DNA of 32,000 nucleotides from Candidatus Babelota bacterium (GTDB lineage Bacteria; Babelota; Babeliae; Babelales; Vermiphilaceae): NCBI GenBank assembly GCA_039809905.1, contig JBDHVY010000001.1, positions 750,001 to 782,000 of the forward strand, read 5' to 3'. Shown piece by piece: positions 30,338 to 32,000 of this stretch (position 1 is its first letter; each line of letters starts with the position of its first letter). The notes under the pieces were generated by a model. It saw only the letters and a program-made list of their open reading frames with translations, ran no database searches and was not told where the DNA came from. The position numbers and the translations under genes were made by a program.

Positions 30338-32000
30338 ATGCTCAATTTTATAGCGAAAATCATTAGAAAAACCCGCGAAAGCGATCCAAAAAATGTCTGG
30401 AATTGGGGTCCCCATTCGACATGTAATAAAGAATGGGGTTTAATTTTTCTTTTTTTTTGTCACTCATTACAAGGTTTAACAACACTGCATGTAACATCAA
30501 GCTCAGATAATAATCCGGGTGGTATGGGGGATATTGGTGATTTGAGATATTGCTTAAATGTAATGAATCAAAATCTCAACTCAATCCCTGATGATTATGC
30601 AATTGTTTTTGATTTTCCCATGACTATTCAACTTAATGGAATTTTGCCCATTATTAATAATTCTTCAAATCCGGTCAATATCACTATTGGTAATACTGGA
30701 TCAACTCCTACCGTAACTATCGATGGTAATAGCGGCGCTTATAGTGGATTTTTTATACCAATGGGAAATGTAACCATCCAAAATATGATTTTTCAAAATT
30801 TGAGTGCAAAAGGTGGTGATGGTGGGGACGGAATTTCCGGTGGTGGTGGTGGAATGGGTGCTGGAGGAGCTATTTATGTACCACAATTGTTTTTAAACGG
30901 ATCGTATCCTTCAATTATTTTGATCAATGTATTAATAGACAATTGCTCTGCTATCGGTGGAAATGGAGGAAGTTACCTCGGTCTTTCTTCCACTGGCAAT
31001 GAAGGTGGCGGAGGGGGTGGGGGCTTTGGTGGTAATGGTGGTTCCATTACTACTGTTGGAAGCACTGGAGGTGGCGGTGGAGGTGGCTTTGGAGGGAATG
31101 GTGGAGACGTTACCCTTTCAATTGATAATTCTGGAGGTGGCGGCGGAGGTGGCGGTGGTATTGGATCTCGTGCTGCCATAGGTTCTTTCACTAATCTGGG
31201 CAACGGAGGATCAGATCAAAATTCAGGTGCAGATGGAAATGGATATGGGCTTTTGATTTCCGGTGGTTCAGGCGCAGGAGGAAGCAGCGGAGGTAATAAC
31301 GCAGGCGGTGGCGGTGGAGGCGCTATTGGAGGTGGCGGAGGAGGAAGTCTTGGATCAGATGGAATGCAGCCTCAAGGTAATATACCACCAGGAGGTAGTG
31401 TTGTACCTTCAGGTGGAAATGGAGGAGATGGTGGTGGTGGCGGCGGAGCTGCTATTGTTGTAACAAGTTTTACCAATGGTATAGATGGCCAAGCGGGTAG
31501 TGGTGGTTATGCTGGTGGAGGCGGTGGTGGAGCCGGAACAGGATCTTATGATGCTGCTTATACCGTGCAAGGTGGATCCGGCGGTATGGGCGGAGGAGGC
31601 GGTGGCGGAGGGGTGAATCAATCTGGTTCTACTTCCGCATCAGGTGGTAATTCTCTTGGCGGCGGTGGTGGTGCAGGAGGCGGTCCTTCCGATGGTTCCA
31701 TTGCTCAAGGTGGAGCTGATATAGGAAATCTTGGTGGAGGATCAGGAGGAGCTGGCGCAAATAGTTATGGACCAGGTTTTGGTGGCGGCGGTGGCGGCGG
31801 CGGAAGTGGTTTGGGCGGAGCTATATTTGTGGACAATAATCTGAATTTAACGATACAAGCTTTTTCCGGGATTCCAACCATTTTTAATACAACAAATAAT
31901 CTGACCCAAGCAGGAGTTCATGGAACTGGAGGTCCTGGTGCTGAAGATGGCCTAGATGGATCAGCGCTGGGAAATAGTATTTTTCTACGATCAGGATCTT
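30338..32000 (+). CDS. Gly-rich Pmp-like autotransporter/adhesin passenger (5' partial, runs off window)
   Basis: Open frame from ATG 30338 (RBS aaggtagg) to the window end, hand-translated. Extended leader with a VWNW motif and hydrophobic core. Repeated GGAI(Y/F)V and FxxN-type motifs. Long GGGGGG runs alternate with short beta-like segments. Confidence 0.75.
   Translation, partial: MLNFIAKIIRKTRESDPKNVWNWGPHSTCNKEWGLIFLFFCHSLQGLTTLHVTSSSDNNPGGMGDIGDLRYCLNVMNQNLNSIPDDYAIVFDFPMTIQLNGILPIINNSSNPVNITIGNTGSTPTVTIDGNSGAYSGFFIPMGNVTIQNMIFQNLSAKGGDGGDGISGGGGGMGAGGAIYVPQLFLNGSYPSIILINVLIDNCSAIGGNGGSYLGLSSTGNEGGGGGGGFGGNGGSITTVGSTGGGGGGGFGGNGGDVTLSIDNSGGGGGGGGGIGSRAAIGSFTNLGNGGSDQNSGADGNGYGLLISGGSGAGGSSGGNNAGGGGGGAIGGGGGGSLGSDGMQPQGNIPPGGSVVPSGGNGGDGGGGGGAAIVVTSFTNGIDGQAGSGGYAGGGGGGAGTGSYDAAYTVQGGSGGMGGGGGGGGVNQSGSTSASGGNSLGGGGGAGGGPSDGSIAQGGADIGNLGGGSGGAGANSYGPGFGGGGGGGGSGLGGAIFVDNNLNLTIQAFSGIPTIFNTTNNLTQAGVHGTGGPGAEDGLDGSALGNSIFLRSGS

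Noticed and set aside
30701-31621. ORFs 30701-30886(-), 30957-31181(+), 30973-31203(-), 31263-31463(+), 31409-31621(-)
   Set aside because: These are alternative-frame and antisense readings of GGN-rich codons (poly-Pro on the antisense strand, Val/Glu/Ala-rich off-frame) within the long Gly-rich Pmp-like CDS that starts at 30338.

Overview
AT-rich window from a diderm bacterium. The gene content (ankyrin plus RBR E3-ligase-like protein, Pmp-like Gly-rich autotransporter, TamB/BamD, minimal GspE/PilB cluster) suggests an amoeba-associated or intracellular lineage such as Dependentiae/TM6-like or Chlamydiae-like; this is inference only.

**1 to 14.7 kb, mostly core and envelope genes.** Two paralogous secreted coiled-coil proteins, one carrying a perfect 2 x 111-bp coding tandem repeat. 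A bamD-like/yraN/cdsA operon. A GspE/PilB ATPase, two tiny secreted ORFs that both end in -PKL, and a pseudopilin. Then TamB, a PLD/Nuc-family protein, RluD, MgtE, tRNA-Lys(UUU) and tRNA-Glu(UUC).

**From the 3' end of tRNA-Glu (14837), an accessory island.** It carries a large serine recombinase whose last 18 codons are antisense to the tRNA, a signal-peptide ankyrin + RING1-IBR-RING2 protein, and a rolling-circle Rep-like protein. The most interesting part follows: two tandem paralogous ~600-aa secreted proteins with a shared ~475-aa body ending in YLTTPEGLLFK, then unrelated C-terminal modules. Each is followed by small immunity-like ORFs. This is polymorphic toxin/immunity architecture with a delivery body I cannot assign to any known family.

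The toxin locus is interrupted by a GC-rich structured element plus a GIY-YIG gene with an in-frame TGA. It ends in a patchwork scar built from three short segments copied from distant parts of the island.

**Right part.** A duplicated small-membrane-protein module, a stand-alone ABC-like ATPase, an HExxH protein, a secreted 2OG-Fe(II)-oxygenase-like protein, and the 5' part of a very Gly-rich Pmp-like autotransporter running off the window.

No CRISPR array, rRNA or recognisable transposase was seen.
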